Below are positions 45,929 to 56,318 of a stretch of 64,000 bases of DNA, one piece after another. The stretch lies in NCBI GenBank assembly GCA_965372795.1, contig CBDVDR010000017.1, forward strand, positions 9,472-73,471. Direction: 5' to 3'. Each line of letters starts with the position of its first letter. The first letter of the stretch is position 1. A program made the translations under genes and the position numbers. The notes beneath the pieces are model-generated. The model searched no databases. It had not been told where the DNA came from and worked only from the letters and a program-made list of their open reading frames with translations. The stretch comes from an uncultured bacterium. GTDB lineage: Bacteria > Zixibacteria > MSB-5A5 > GN15 > FEB-12.

Positions 45929-47593
45929 TTAATTATACAAAAATCTTTTAACTTTTTTGGTCGATGTTTTTTCAAGCTCATTTATTTGAACTTCAAAATT
46001 TGTTATCCTTTTGTAATCAGCCATTTGAGTATTTACATTAGTAACAATTTCTTTAAAAACATTATTTAAAATTTTCATATCAGGGTTATTCAGATTTAGC
46101 TCGTGATAGGCTTTGACTTCATCCAAATCAGGAACGATAATTGCGACGACCTCTTCACCCTGTTTACTTTTCTTTTTTCTGCCGAAGACCACTGTCTCGA
46201 GAATCATATTCGATTCATGCAGTTTATCCTCGATCTCTTCGGGGTAAATATTTTTACCGGCAGCGGAAACAATTAGATTTTTTGCTCTTCCGGTTATCCA
46301 GAGATGCCCTTTTTTGATACAGCCTAAATCACCGGTATGAAGCCAGCCATTTTTTAATAACTCAGATGTTTTTTCAGGGTTGTTTCTATACCCGGGAGTT
46401 ACATTCCCACCGCGAGCGATGATCTCTCCCACCCCTTTTTTATCCGGATTTTCAATGCGAATTTCTACATTAGCAACTGCCTGACCGACAGAACCAAACT
46501 TGATATCATCAGGACGCTGAGCCGATAGAACCGGTGATGATTCAGTCATGCCATACCCTTGAATAAATACCAGTCCGATGTAATTAAAAAATTCTGCTAT
46601 TCTTGAGGGAACCGCCGCACCTCCTGAGACAAACATTCGGATCGATCCAAGCCCGGCTTTTTCCCGCAGCGGCTGGAATAGTTTTACTCCTATGCGATTA
46701 CCAACTTTCCAACCAAGATTAGAAAGCGAATAAAGAGATTTAAACATAATCCGCTTGGTCACCGGCGCATTATTTATCGCCCGATTGATTGAATGGAACA
46801 TTTTTTCAAATAAAAGCGGCACCCCGATTAATACTGTTATCTGATTGTTCACGATATCTTCAATTATCTCTTTGGATTTTAATGAACGGGCATATACAAT
46901 TTTACAACCGATATACAAAGGTGTGAAAAAGCCGCAGGTTGCTTCAAATGTATGATGAAGCGGGAGAATCGATAAGAAAACATCATTTTCTTTTACTTCC
47001 AACGCCTCCTCAATGCTGGCTAAGTTGCACAACAGATTCTTATGAGTAAGTTCAACAGCTTTTGGATCTCCGGTTGTACCGGAAGTATAGATCAGGACAG
47101 CAGTTTCACTTTGTGACGGTGTTAAACCGGAAGGATCAACAAACAAAGACTTATAAGAAGTGTGTGAGTTTTCATCAAATGAGAAGAGTTTTAAATCTTT
47201 ATCAAATCCGTTAAGAGTTTCAATAAAGTTTGAGGAAGTAAAGACCACCTCTAAATCAGCATGGTTTATAATATTTTCAATTTCATTAGGTTTCAGATTA
47301 GCATCAATCGGAACAACCGTCCCACCGGCAGCAAGGATTGAAAAATAAGCTATTCCCCATTCCGGGCGATTTTCACTTAATAAGCCAATTTCCTTTTTTT
47401 GAAGAAGGGAATGCTTTTGAAGACCGGCTGCTATTTTCCTAACTGATGAAAACAGCTCTGAATAAGTATAAGAGGCACCTTTACCGCCTTTTCCAAGAAA
47501 AGCTATTCGGTTTTGTCTTCCTGATGCTCTGCTTTCGAGTGTAAAAAATAGATTATCAGTCAGACCAATTTTATTTTGAGCATTTACTGACAT
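45929..47593 (-). CDS. long-chain-fatty-acid--CoA ligase (AMP-binding superfamily)
   Basis: 554 aa. AMP-binding motif IYTSGTTGDPKAVELTHKN, GYGMTESS, WLHTGDLG. Confidence 0.85.
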   Translation of the reverse strand: MSVNAQNKIGLTDNLFFTLESRASGRQNRIAFLGKGGKGASYTYSELFSSVRKIAAGLQKHSLLQKKEIGLLSENRPEWGIAYFSILAAGGTVVPIDANLKPNEIENIINHADLEVVFTSSNFIETLNGFDKDLKLFSFDENSHTSYKSLFVDPSGLTPSQSETAVLIYTSGTTGDPKAVELTHKNLLCNLASIEEALEVKENDVFLSILPLHHTFEATCGFFTPLYIGCKIVYARSLKSKEIIEDIVNNQITVLIGVPLLFEKMFHSINRAINNAPVTKRIMFKSLYSLSNLGWKVGNRIGVKLFQPLREKAGLGSIRMFVSGGAAVPSRIAEFFNYIGLVFIQGYGMTESSPVLSAQRPDDIKFGSVGQAVANVEIRIENPDKKGVGEIIARGGNVTPGYRNNPEKTSELLKNGWLHTGDLGCIKKGHLWITGRAKNLIVSAAGKNIYPEEIEDKLHESNMILETVVFGRKKKSKQGEEVVAIIVPDLDEVKAYHELNLNNPDMKILNNVFKEIVTNVNTQMADYKRITNFEVQINELEKTSTKKVKRFLYN

Positions 47594-47640
47594 CTAAATA
47601 AGTTAAGAAAGTATACTCCCACATGCAATAATTTAGTCAA

Positions 47641-47672
47641 TAAAAAAACCGCCTGTCAAATACAGGCGGTTT
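47641..47672 (-). terminator. rho-independent terminator
   Basis: The minus strand reads aaaaccgcctgtatttgacaggcggttttttta, about 20 nt after the stop at 47693. Confidence 0.85.
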
Positions 47673-47692
47673 TGATAAATCGAGGTAAAGTT

Positions 47693-50098
47693 CTATGGAA
47701 CAGTGATATCGACTGATACTGCAGCGGTGCCAGCATCGGAACTAACGGAAATTAGTCCGGTATAATCACCGGCAACTAATCCAGAACGGTCAACAGTTAC
47801 TGTTATTATATCAGTTTCAGTAGTTGTTGTGCCGGCAGCAAGATCAGTTGTAATCCATGTTTTATCATCACTAATTGTCCAGATAATTGTACCACCGGAT
47901 CCAGAATTAATAAGATTAAATGTCAGATTAGTGGTAACGGCTCCAAAACCAAGAGCTGTTGGAGTAGCATTTAAAATCGGATTAGTATTAATAGTAACCT
48001 GTTTTGAAAGCGTAATTCCACCGAGCGGGTCGGTGTCATCGATAGATATTGTAACAGATTCAGCACCGGTTGCAGCGGCGGGCATTGTAATTATAAATTC
48101 TGCATAACCGCCTGCATCAGTTTCTGCTGTTGCAGGAAGGACTGTAGCGCCGTTATTAACGGTTGGAACAAGAGTATGATCTCCAAGAGGATTACCCCAA
48201 CTGTCAGCATACTCAATTTCAATTCTAACTTCAGCATCATAATCGGCTGTGGTAGGCACGGCCGTAATTGTACAATTCTTACGGAATGTTTTACCTGTTA
48301 GAAGATTTATTGTATGTGTTGTAACTCCCCCACCACCATCATCAGCTCTGAAAGAAACAGTAGTAACAGCACCAATTCCATCATCATTTCCACCTGTCAA
48401 TGACCTATCTGCATCAAGTAGTACAGATTGAATAGTCGAAAAATCTGAAGCAGCCCCACAACCATTTTCAAAAACTCCAGAAGATACTTTTAATAAAGGA
48501 GAAAATCCTTCAAATCTTGATCCGCTAATTACAGGATTTCTATTTAGATCATATCCACTAACTTGAACTTCTACTTTCTCTTTGCCATCAGCATTCATAG
48601 AATTTGGTATATTAATACTAAGGCCAATTGAATCTATAAAGTGAGTATTGTAAAACACTGAAGTGTCAGCTACAGTTCCACCGGCTGTTTCGGCATAGAT
48701 AAGAACTCTACCATCAGCAGTAGCAACATTATTACCAGCAAACCATATAGTTTTAGCGATGCCTTCATGTTCTGTCGTACGTTCTTCATGAGATTTCATG
48801 GTACCTTCATCAGTTGAGAAATATACAACGGTTGAATCATTAACAGGATTCAAGAAAGTATCAGATACAACAGCTGTTATTCTAACTTCATTACCAACAT
48901 TATCCCAATAATCAACATTACAATCAAACGCACCGACTACAATATATTTTGGTGGACCGGCTGAGACGAGGACCTGAGTAGCATTTGAAAGGACCGTATC
49001 AGCATCAGCTCTGATTCTGATGGTACCTGAAACTGTTCCTGAATGAATTGTTACGGTTGCCACACCCTGATTATTAGTCTGGGCGACATAAGGACCATAG
49101 CCAACGTTTCCAAGATGTTCTCCCCCGCCGGGTCCGTCAAGGATGCGGAAATTGACCGACAATCCTTCAGGGACGACATCACCGTTATAATCATAACAAA
49201 TGGCTCTTATAGTTCCGGTTTCGATTCCGCCTGTCTGCTTAACAGAAAGACTCATCGAATCAGAGGCAAGGTAAATTGAATTTATAGCTGCATTCGGGTT
49301 CAGCTGAATACTTGATTCAACATGACCGGAAATACCATTATCGTTTACGGTTGCTTTAATATAAACTGTCTGGGCATCGTTTCCGGAGACAAAATTAACC
49401 ATTGCAACTCCGGCTCCACCGGTTGTAAAAGCAGTTGATGAAATAAATCCGACAGCATCCCAAATTCCGTTTGCATTAGCATCGTAAATCACGGAGTCGA
49501 TACCGTTTGACCAGTATCCATTGCCATCAATATCATCAAATTTTTCACCGGCAGCGAGGAATATCAGAGTTGAATCCGGAGCAGGTTCACCGTTAACATC
49601 ACGAACAGTAATAGTCAAAGTAGCAGTATCTTCACCATTAGCTAAGAGCAATGATGGAGAAATATTCATGTTCAGATTTCCAGTACCTTCTTGTTCTTCT
49701 TCGGTGATAGTTATGCCAGTTGACCGTTCAAGGGAACTGCCTAAAACAGACACCGTTAAAGTGGCTTCACCGGTCGTGGTTGCAGTAAAGACAGTTGCAA
49801 CCGCGCCGTCAACATCGGAAGTATCGGTAGCTGGTGAAAAATAACCGGCAGTTGAAGGAGCAACTGAGAACGCTACTATTTGATTGGGAATTGCTAAGGA
49901 GCCTTCCCGAAGAGTAGCTTCTATCACAGAAGTATTCCCTATAGTGACAGATGGTGGGTTAACAACAACTGTAATATCAGTTGATGTTGATAGTTCATTT
50001 GATACTGATTTTGATGAACATCCGGTGATATTCATTAAAACAAAAAGCATCAGAATTGAAGCTATAATTGAAAAAACCTGTAAATTACGCCTAAACAT
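47693..50098 (-). CDS. large surface lipoprotein with repeated bacterial Ig-like (Big) domains
   Basis: 801 aa. Lipoprotein signal LFVLMNITGC/SS. Several roughly 90-aa Thr/Val/Gly-rich beta repeats (..ATLTVSV.., ..ATLTITVRD.NG.P.., ..ATVTIHSG..). Confidence 0.7.
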   Translation of the reverse strand: MFRRNLQVFSIIASILMLFVLMNITGCSSKSVSNELSTSTDITVVVNPPSVTIGNTSVIEATLREGSLAIPNQIVAFSVAPSTAGYFSPATDTSDVDGAVATVFTATTTGEATLTVSVLGSSLERSTGITITEEEQEGTGNLNMNISPSLLLANGEDTATLTITVRDVNGEPAPDSTLIFLAAGEKFDDIDGNGYWSNGIDSVIYDANANGIWDAVGFISSTAFTTGGAGVAMVNFVSGNDAQTVYIKATVNDNGISGHVESSIQLNPNAAINSIYLASDSMSLSVKQTGGIETGTIRAICYDYNGDVVPEGLSVNFRILDGPGGGEHLGNVGYGPYVAQTNNQGVATVTIHSGTVSGTIRIRADADTVLSNATQVLVSAGPPKYIVVGAFDCNVDYWDNVGNEVRITAVVSDTFLNPVNDSTVVYFSTDEGTMKSHEERTTEHEGIAKTIWFAGNNVATADGRVLIYAETAGGTVADTSVFYNTHFIDSIGLSINIPNSMNADGKEKVEVQVSGYDLNRNPVISGSRFEGFSPLLKVSSGVFENGCGAASDFSTIQSVLLDADRSLTGGNDDGIGAVTTVSFRADDGGGGVTTHTINLLTGKTFRKNCTITAVPTTADYDAEVRIEIEYADSWGNPLGDHTLVPTVNNGATVLPATAETDAGGYAEFIITMPAAATGAESVTISIDDTDPLGGITLSKQVTINTNPILNATPTALGFGAVTTNLTFNLINSGSGGTIIWTISDDKTWITTDLAAGTTTTETDIITVTVDRSGLVAGDYTGLISVSSDAGTAAVSVDITVP

Positions 50099-50206
50099 GT
50101 TTTCTCCTAATATTATTTAATATTTCCATTTACTATTCGCTAAATTATTTAATTCGTTCAATTTATTAAAACCCCTCAGTTTAAACCAAGGGGTGTAATC
50201 TTTGAC

Positions 50207-51496
50207 CTAATTACCTTCCATCGCCAAACCATCTTCGATGATTGTCGGTGTAACAAAAATCACCAGATCCCGGCTTTCCATACGTTTGTTTGTATATTTG
50301 AAGAGTAATCCTAAGATTGGAATATCTTTAAGAATTGGAACGCCAACTTCTGATTCAACTTCATCCTGGGTAGTCAAACCACCGATAACAGCCGTTTGTC
50401 CATTCTCAACAATAACATTTGTTTCAGCAGTACTGATATTAATTATGACACCATTTGGATCAAACATATAGGTAGAACGTTCCGGCTTAAGATACATTAG
50501 AATCTGATTTTCAGCTGTAATATGCGGAGTGACTTCTAATATTGTACCAACTTCTTCAAAAACAATTACTACGTTTCCGGATTCATCAAACTGTTTGACA
50601 GGAATTTTCTGACCCATTTGAATTCTGGCTGTTTTGTTGTCGACTGTAGTAATTTCAGGATGAGCAATAACTTTACCTTTACCGGAACTAACAATAGTAT
50701 TTACCACCGCATCAACAGTCCAACCTTTTTGTAAAGCGGTAACAGCATAAGTTCCAGCAGGATCAGCGGTTCTATCATAGACCTGACCTTTTTGCTCGAA
50801 TGAACGGCCGGATTCGGTAGTGAAGGTTCCTGCTGCATCCCAGCTAATGCCTAACTCTTCAATATCAGTATTAAAAATTTCAAGCATTTGAGCAGAAATT
50901 TTGATCTGTTTAGCAGGTCGATCCAGTTCAGATATATACTCAATGATTGATCCCATATTTGACGGAATCTCTTTGATGATAATAGAATTTGAACGGCTAT
51001 CAGAAATAGCTTCTCCACGCTCAGTCATCAGCGACTTAACAGATTTCACAATATCATCGGAAGTTGAGTTTGAGATTCGCACGATTTGAGTAATTAGCGG
51101 AACGATTTCCCTTTGTTCTTTATTATGTTTCTCAAGTTCAGAAACTTCATTTCGATAATCTTCAGATTTCAGAACCCTGATGAATTTTTCACCTTCATTT
51201 ACAACGGCGAGGTCATAAGTTCGGCCGATAATATCCATTGCTTTGCGCCAAGCTACATCAGTTAATTTAATGGTAACCAAACCCTTTACTTCAGGAGAAA
51301 TCACAACATTAACATTACCATAATCAGCAAGGAAAGTGAGTACTGAAGTAATTTCGGCACCCTGGAATTGTAAATTTTTAATCAGTTGAGTCGGGTCGCT
51401 CTTTTTTTCTACAGCAATAACCGGACTTAAGAACGCAACTACCAGGATTAGAACCGTCATAGCAGTTATCGTTTTATTCCAACTCTTTAACATCAT
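50207..51496 (-). CDS. pilQ: type IV pilus secretin PilQ (no AMIN domain)
   Basis: Secretin C-domain (VIVENGQTAVIGGL...VPILKDIPILGLLFK...RDLVIFVTPTII) and an N0/STN-like domain. The track ORF starts at TTG 51529. ATG 51496 (MMLKSW.. signal peptide, AAAGGA RBS) is preferred; ATG 51523 is also possible. Confidence 0.85.
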   Translation of the reverse strand: MMLKSWNKTITAMTVLILVVAFLSPVIAVEKKSDPTQLIKNLQFQGAEITSVLTFLADYGNVNVVISPEVKGLVTIKLTDVAWRKAMDIIGRTYDLAVVNEGEKFIRVLKSEDYRNEVSELEKHNKEQREIVPLITQIVRISNSTSDDIVKSVKSLMTERGEAISDSRSNSIIIKEIPSNMGSIIEYISELDRPAKQIKISAQMLEIFNTDIEELGISWDAAGTFTTESGRSFEQKGQVYDRTADPAGTYAVTALQKGWTVDAVVNTIVSSGKGKVIAHPEITTVDNKTARIQMGQKIPVKQFDESGNVVIVFEEVGTILEVTPHITAENQILMYLKPERSTYMFDPNGVIINISTAETNVIVENGQTAVIGGLTTQDEVESEVGVPILKDIPILGLLFKYTNKRMESRDLVIFVTPTIIEDGLAMEGN

Positions 51497-51515
51497 TATA
51501 GCCGTCCTTTCGCTA

Positions 51516-53009
51516 TTAATCATTTTCAAGTTTTAAAGCTACGGTTCTACTCCAACCATATTCAAATATCTGGAAATAAACTCGTTCGTTTTCCACTCTT
51601 AAGACATAGCCTTTTTTAACTTTATCACCAGATTTCAGAATGTAGCCATATCCTGTTTTATCTTCTAATAAAGCTCTGTTGTTGCCACCAGTAGATTCAA
51701 TGACACCTACTAATTTAAGACCTTCAACATTCGGCTTCCTTCTTTCAACTATAGTGTTATTAACTTTAGTTTCATTTATAAGAGTTTCAAACGGATCACG
51801 TCTATTACGACTTTTATATTTTATAACTAATCGCTTCGGAAATTCCGCTACCATGGTTCCTTTAATTTTATTTGAAGCAACCGGAGATCTGCGGAATCTT
51901 GAAGTTTTTGATTTATTTACTTCTTTTTTCGCTAATACTTTTTTAGTTGGCTTCTTCTTAGGAGCAGCTTTAGCTACTGCTTTGGTAGTTTGTTTCTTAG
52001 GGGAAACTTTAGCCACTGCTTTGGTAGTTTGTTTCTTAGGGGAAACTTTAGCCACTGCTTTGGTAGTTTGTTTCTTAGGAGCAGCTTTTGCTATAACCGC
52101 TTTTTTCTTCTCAGGTTTAGATTTTACAGCAACAGATTTCGTTTGAAATTTCTTTTTCTCGGCAAAAACCGGTTTAGTTTTTAATTTCGGTTTTGGTGCT
52201 GGTCCAATTTTCACTTTATTTTTATCAGTATTATCAACTTTTGCTTTGGATGATTTTCCTGATTTCTTTATAACCTGAACCGGTTTTACTTCTTTAGCAA
52301 CCGGCTTTACTTCACGTTGCTCTGAAAAATTTAGTGCAAAGGCAGAATTCGACCACTTCGTTTCTTTTTTAGCAACCGTTACAACTGGTTTTGATTTCGG
52401 TTTTGTTACCGCAACTTTTGATGACTGTAAACTGGATTGACGATCAGACTCTATCGACTTATTCAGTTGAGCAACCGTTTTTGAGGATTTTGATAAAACT
52501 TCTTTTTTTACGATTACTTTAGGAGTTTTCTTTAGTTGTTTCTTTTGTTTTAGCTCCTGTTTCAGGGCGACAACAACTGTTTTTGTAGTCCAGTTACTGA
52601 ATGACTTATATGAATTTCCCGGAATGGTAACCCTTACCTGCTTAGAATCAGAATCAATACTATAGACAGTTTCTTTTTTCATATCAAAAACTAAGCGGAC
52701 AACTTTTTCAGGTGTAACAGAGTATTGACTGGTTCTTAGTTTACTGATTGAGCAATTCGGTAATGCCATAAAATTTTTGGCGCCAATTTCATGAGTAGCC
52801 GAAAGGATATCTACAATAACTCTGAATGGCTTTCCATCTTTGGCTTCCACAGTCTGGTGTGTGTATCTGATGGTTCCATTAATATCAACAGCTGCCACCG
52901 TCTCTCCATTTTTATGACTCAGCTCAACATTAGTTACCTCGGCGGCATTGACATGCATTCCCAACAGAAACACAGTCGCGAGGAATATAAAGATCTTATT
53001 GTATTTCAT
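51516..53009 (-). CDS. AMIN-domain / Lys-rich linker / PilP-like fusion protein
   Basis: 497 aa. Signal peptide. AMIN-like N-domain (VTNVELS...FRVIVDILSA...VVRLVFDM...VRVTI). Low-complexity K/A/P/T linker with 13-aa repeats. C-terminal PilP-like beta domain (LKLVGVI...ALLED..G..YILKSGD). Occupies the pilP slot between pilO and pilQ. Confidence 0.7.
   Translation of the reverse strand: MKYNKIFIFLATVFLLGMHVNAAEVTNVELSHKNGETVAAVDINGTIRYTHQTVEAKDGKPFRVIVDILSATHEIGAKNFMALPNCSISKLRTSQYSVTPEKVVRLVFDMKKETVYSIDSDSKQVRVTIPGNSYKSFSNWTTKTVVVALKQELKQKKQLKKTPKVIVKKEVLSKSSKTVAQLNKSIESDRQSSLQSSKVAVTKPKSKPVVTVAKKETKWSNSAFALNFSEQREVKPVAKEVKPVQVIKKSGKSSKAKVDNTDKNKVKIGPAPKPKLKTKPVFAEKKKFQTKSVAVKSKPEKKKAVIAKAAPKKQTTKAVAKVSPKKQTTKAVAKVSPKKQTTKAVAKAAPKKKPTKKVLAKKEVNKSKTSRFRRSPVASNKIKGTMVAEFPKRLVIKYKSRNRRDPFETLINETKVNNTIVERRKPNVEGLKLVGVIESTGGNNRALLEDKTGYGYILKSGDKVKKGYVLRVENERVYFQIFEYGWSRTVALKLEND
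51955..52090. repeat. in-frame 39-bp tandem repeat (about 3.3 copies)
   Basis: tttagc(t/c)actgctttggtagtttgtttcttagg(g/a)g(a/c)a.. at 51969, 52008 and 52047. Encodes (KKQTTKAVAKVSP)n on the minus strand. Confidence 0.9.
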
Positions 53010-53020
53010 GCTTTAAACTC

Positions 53021-53644
53021 CTAAAGGGATAACTCTGTGAGACGTTCATTGTCCTTCACAAAGTAGGTTGTGAGGGTAAATGAAGATTTCATAGTTTCTT
53101 GTTTTTTAAGATTATCCAATTGAGTGCTTTTTCTTTTGGATTTCTCTTCAGTTATAGTCAGCTCAAGAGCTTCTATTTGAACATTCATGACATTTGTTAT
53201 AAATGGGAAATTAGCCACATAACTGGTAAATTTACCAAAATCATGAAATCTGCCGGTCAGTTCAATATCAAAAGAGGCAATATTATAAAACTCATTAGAG
53301 GAAATTTCGGATGGTTTTACTTTTGTAATTTTAGTCCCGGTCAAAGATGATGCCATATGGAGTTGAACCAGAAATGACGGAATCTGCTTTACTTCGGGAA
53401 GCAAGGCTTCAATCTTATCATATCTTTCAATAAGATCGACATATTCAATTTTTAAAGCTTCCAGAGATTTTGCTTTCATCTCAACATTGCGTAAGTTCGT
53501 CGTAATAGTTTCGAATTCCTGAGCTTTTTGAGTAATCTGGTTGTCATACATCGAGTAGACTCTTGAGTACCAGAAATATACTACAATAAAAAAGGCCAGA
53601 ACTCCTAAGGCTATTCTTTGAACTTTTGAATCTTTAAAGTCCAT
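53021..53644 (-). CDS. pilO: type IV pilus assembly protein PilO
   Basis: 207 aa. One N-terminal TM, then a coiled coil, then a ferredoxin-like C-domain. Positioned between pilN and the pilP-like gene. Confidence 0.7.
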   Translation of the reverse strand: MDFKDSKVQRIALGVLAFFIVVYFWYSRVYSMYDNQITQKAQEFETITTNLRNVEMKAKSLEALKIEYVDLIERYDKIEALLPEVKQIPSFLVQLHMASSLTGTKITKVKPSEISSNEFYNIASFDIELTGRFHDFGKFTSYVANFPFITNVMNVQIEALELTITEEKSKRKSTQLDNLKKQETMKSSFTLTTYFVKDNERLTELSL

Positions 53645-53655
53645 GCTATAATTCC

Positions 53656-54408
53656 CTAATTTAAAACTTTATGGCTTGTTTTTGAGCCTTTGTTTTTATT
53701 ATCAATTTTTGTCGAAGCTATGAGATTGCGCAGTTTTTCATCTGAAAGAAAATGCAAATCACAGGTTATGACAAAGTTATATGCTTTGTGGCTATCGTCA
53801 CTGTCGAGTTTCTTTTCTTCAGAGGATACCAGTTCAACATTTTCAAAATAATCTGAGCGCATCATGTTGATCATAAAAGATGCCAGAGCATTCAGAGTAA
53901 ATGAGTATCCTTCAATTTTAACTTCTTTTACCGGAGCATTAATACTCGCAGCAACAGAGTAGGCATCAATTTCTTTTTTCTTTTTCTTTTTGCTATTCTT
54001 GTTTTTATCAGCTTTAGCAACCGGTGCAGATTTTGGTCCAAGTTCTTCAAATTTTTGAATCCAAACAAATTCAGGAACATTTCTTGCGATATCTTCAAGA
54101 ACTTTTACCCATGATGACCGATGACTATCTAATTTTTCAACGGCTTCCATTCGCTGGGTAATTTTAGTTTTTACATCAATCAATCCATCAACAAGCTGGA
54201 TATCTTTTTTCAGCATGGCAGCACGCTGTTTTGCTTTGGCAATGTTATCATCCAGAATTGTAAGTTGATGAGATTGGTAGAACGTGACGGCTAAAAGCAT
54301 CACTACGACTCCGGCGGCACCGATCATGCCATAAATACCGGTTTTCCCCATCGAGAAAGAGATGGATTTTTTTCTATATCCTTTGGGAAGTAGATTTATC
54401 TCTATCAT
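53656..54408 (-). CDS. pilN: type IV pilus assembly protein PilN
   Basis: 250 aa. N-terminal INLLP motif, single TM, coiled coil. Contains a poly-Lys insert (KNKNSKKKKKKE). Confidence 0.75.
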   Translation of the reverse strand: MIEINLLPKGYRKKSISFSMGKTGIYGMIGAAGVVVMLLAVTFYQSHQLTILDDNIAKAKQRAAMLKKDIQLVDGLIDVKTKITQRMEAVEKLDSHRSSWVKVLEDIARNVPEFVWIQKFEELGPKSAPVAKADKNKNSKKKKKKEIDAYSVAASINAPVKEVKIEGYSFTLNALASFMINMMRSDYFENVELVSSEEKKLDSDDSHKAYNFVITCDLHFLSDEKLRNLIASTKIDNKNKGSKTSHKVLN

Positions 54409-54414
54409 AGTATA

Positions 54415-55464
54415 TTACCTTACCTTCCGCATTGCTAAGCCAATTGGTACAGCTAAAAGCGGTGCAATTTTTTCCGGTTGGAGATATTGGAATAATTCCG
54501 GGTCGTAATCTACATTCCTGAGCGGGTTTGCAATCTCTAAAGGAACATTAAGTTTTGATTGCAGGAATTCGGGGAGATAAGGAATTAAGGCTCCACCGCC
54601 GGAAAGAACCAACCAATCAACATTCTCTACTTTAGCTTGTGATTTAAAATATGAAAAAGCCAGTTCAATGCCTGACATTAAATCATCGGTAGATGAGATT
54701 ATTGTCGCTTTGAGCATATCCTGGTCTATCGAATCATTCATTTCACCTTTAATAGCTTTATTTGTCAGTTCCGGATTAAGGCGAAATTCTTTTTGAATGG
54801 CATTGTATATATCACGGGTTCCTGATGATACGTCGCGAGTTGAATGATAAATGCCATCGACCAAATATGTAACATTGGTAACATCATGACCAATATTTAC
54901 CAGAGCGGTAATTCTTGTAGGATCAATTTCATAATTATTTTCGTATGCATTAAAAATCGCTAAGGCATCATCATCTACGATTACCGGACGAAGATCGCAG
55001 TCTTCCACTAAATCCAAGACCATCTTCAAATATTCTTTTCTGGCTGCAACCAGAAGAATGTCCATCTTGTTTACATCTTCATCAGTTTTAATAATATGAT
55101 AATCCAATGAAACATCATCGACATCAAATGGTGCCCGTTGTTCGGTTTCAAACAGAATTGCCTGTTCGGCTTCGGTTCCTGTTTTTTTATCAATTGTAAA
55201 ACGATCCGTTATCACACCGTGACCGGAAATTGAAATAACAACATCCTTAATTCTTGGATCAGTCTGATCAATGAGAGATTGGATGTTAAAAATGACCGCT
55301 TCACGGTCTCTGATTTCATCTGCAACTATCGCTTCAGGAGGAAGCTCCCTGATACCGATGGCAGAAACTGAGTAACCTGACTTGGAGTGTTCAAGTTTAA
55401 CGAGTTTAATGGAGTTAGCTCCAATATCAAGTCCGACTGTGCTTTTACTTTTACCAAATGCCAT
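54415..55464 (-). CDS. pilM: type IV pilus assembly ATPase-fold protein PilM
   Basis: 349 aa. Actin-like fold, GLDIGANSIKLVKLE N-terminus, VLSGGGALIP. Confidence 0.85.
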   Translation of the reverse strand: MAFGKSKSTVGLDIGANSIKLVKLEHSKSGYSVSAIGIRELPPEAIVADEIRDREAVIFNIQSLIDQTDPRIKDVVISISGHGVITDRFTIDKKTGTEAEQAILFETEQRAPFDVDDVSLDYHIIKTDEDVNKMDILLVAARKEYLKMVLDLVEDCDLRPVIVDDDALAIFNAYENNYEIDPTRITALVNIGHDVTNVTYLVDGIYHSTRDVSSGTRDIYNAIQKEFRLNPELTNKAIKGEMNDSIDQDMLKATIISSTDDLMSGIELAFSYFKSQAKVENVDWLVLSGGGALIPYLPEFLQSKLNVPLEIANPLRNVDYDPELFQYLQPEKIAPLLAVPIGLAMRKVR

Positions 55465-55693
55465 ATTTCGCTCACTACTGTAGAGTTAATATTTCAAAAA
55501 TTATACTTACCAATTTTATCGGCATATCCACTTATCAATTTACATGCCTGTACTAACTTATATCCTTTCGAATATCCTTTTATCAGGTTTTTGAGAACCT
55601 GATTGCTCAATTATTACTCTTTATTTTATCGGAAAATAATTCAATTAATATTAGATATATTTTGACATATCCCCTAAGTCGTTATAATACAAC

Positions 55694-55724
55694 AAAAAAG
55701 CCCGCCATGCAGCGGGCTTTTTTT
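55694..55724. terminator. bidirectional rho-independent terminator
   Basis: aaaaaaGCCCGCcatgcaGCGGGCttttttt, 15 nt downstream of the pilin stop (minus strand). Confidence 0.85.
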
Positions 55725-55738
55725 AGTTAATAAACCGA

Positions 55739-56302
55739 TCAATAGTAGTATGATTCAGTCGATATTTTGCCGGTAGATGGCAGTACGCTATGATCATGGA
55801 TAGAGAATATGTGTTCTGAATAAGCCATAGTTCCAATCAAAATTTTACCGCCGTTTGGAGGTTCAACCAACTGGACTGATCCACTCGGTTGAAAAATTAT
55901 TGCATTTGTTACGAGATTAGTTCCCAACGCTGTAAATCCGGATGGCAAAGAATCTACTCTTATTACAGAATCGCCGTGATCATAAGTGAATTGATCCAAG
56001 TTGACAATATCTTTAAAAGTTATAAAGACCAGACCTGAGGTTGCACCACCTTCGTAGGAAACTTCTCCGCCATAATAGTCATCATTACCAAAATATACAC
56101 CATAAGGCGTCTTTTCAGTAATTGCAGCAGAACGGGCAACTCTTAAAGCAGAGACAACTTCTTTATTAGCCGTTCGGAATTTAATCCGATCAAAAGCATT
56201 CTGCATGCGAGGAACAGCCATGGCCGAGACAAGACCAATAATAACAACTGTTACCATCAGCTCTATCATTGTAATGCCTCGAATTGATTTTAGTTTTTTC
56301 AT
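55739..56302 (-). CDS. type IV pilin-like protein (FimT/GspH-type minor pilin)
   Basis: 187 aa. Prepilin leader and N-terminal helix MKKLKSIRG/ITMIELMVTVVIIGLVSAMAVP with Glu at +5. Confidence 0.75.
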   Translation of the reverse strand: MKKLKSIRGITMIELMVTVVIIGLVSAMAVPRMQNAFDRIKFRTANKEVVSALRVARSAAITEKTPYGVYFGNDDYYGGEVSYEGGATSGLVFITFKDIVNLDQFTYDHGDSVIRVDSLPSGFTALGTNLVTNAIIFQPSGSVQLVEPPNGGKILIGTMAYSEHIFSIHDHSVLPSTGKISTESYYY

Positions 56303-56318
56303 TTCAAACCTTCCTTAT

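Noticed and set aside
51679-52146. 155-aa plus-strand ORF with internal repeats (LATALVVCFLGET x3).
   Set aside because: It is the antisense reading of the 39-bp tandem repeat inside the AMIN-PilP gene. Its repeat structure is inherited from the sense strand.
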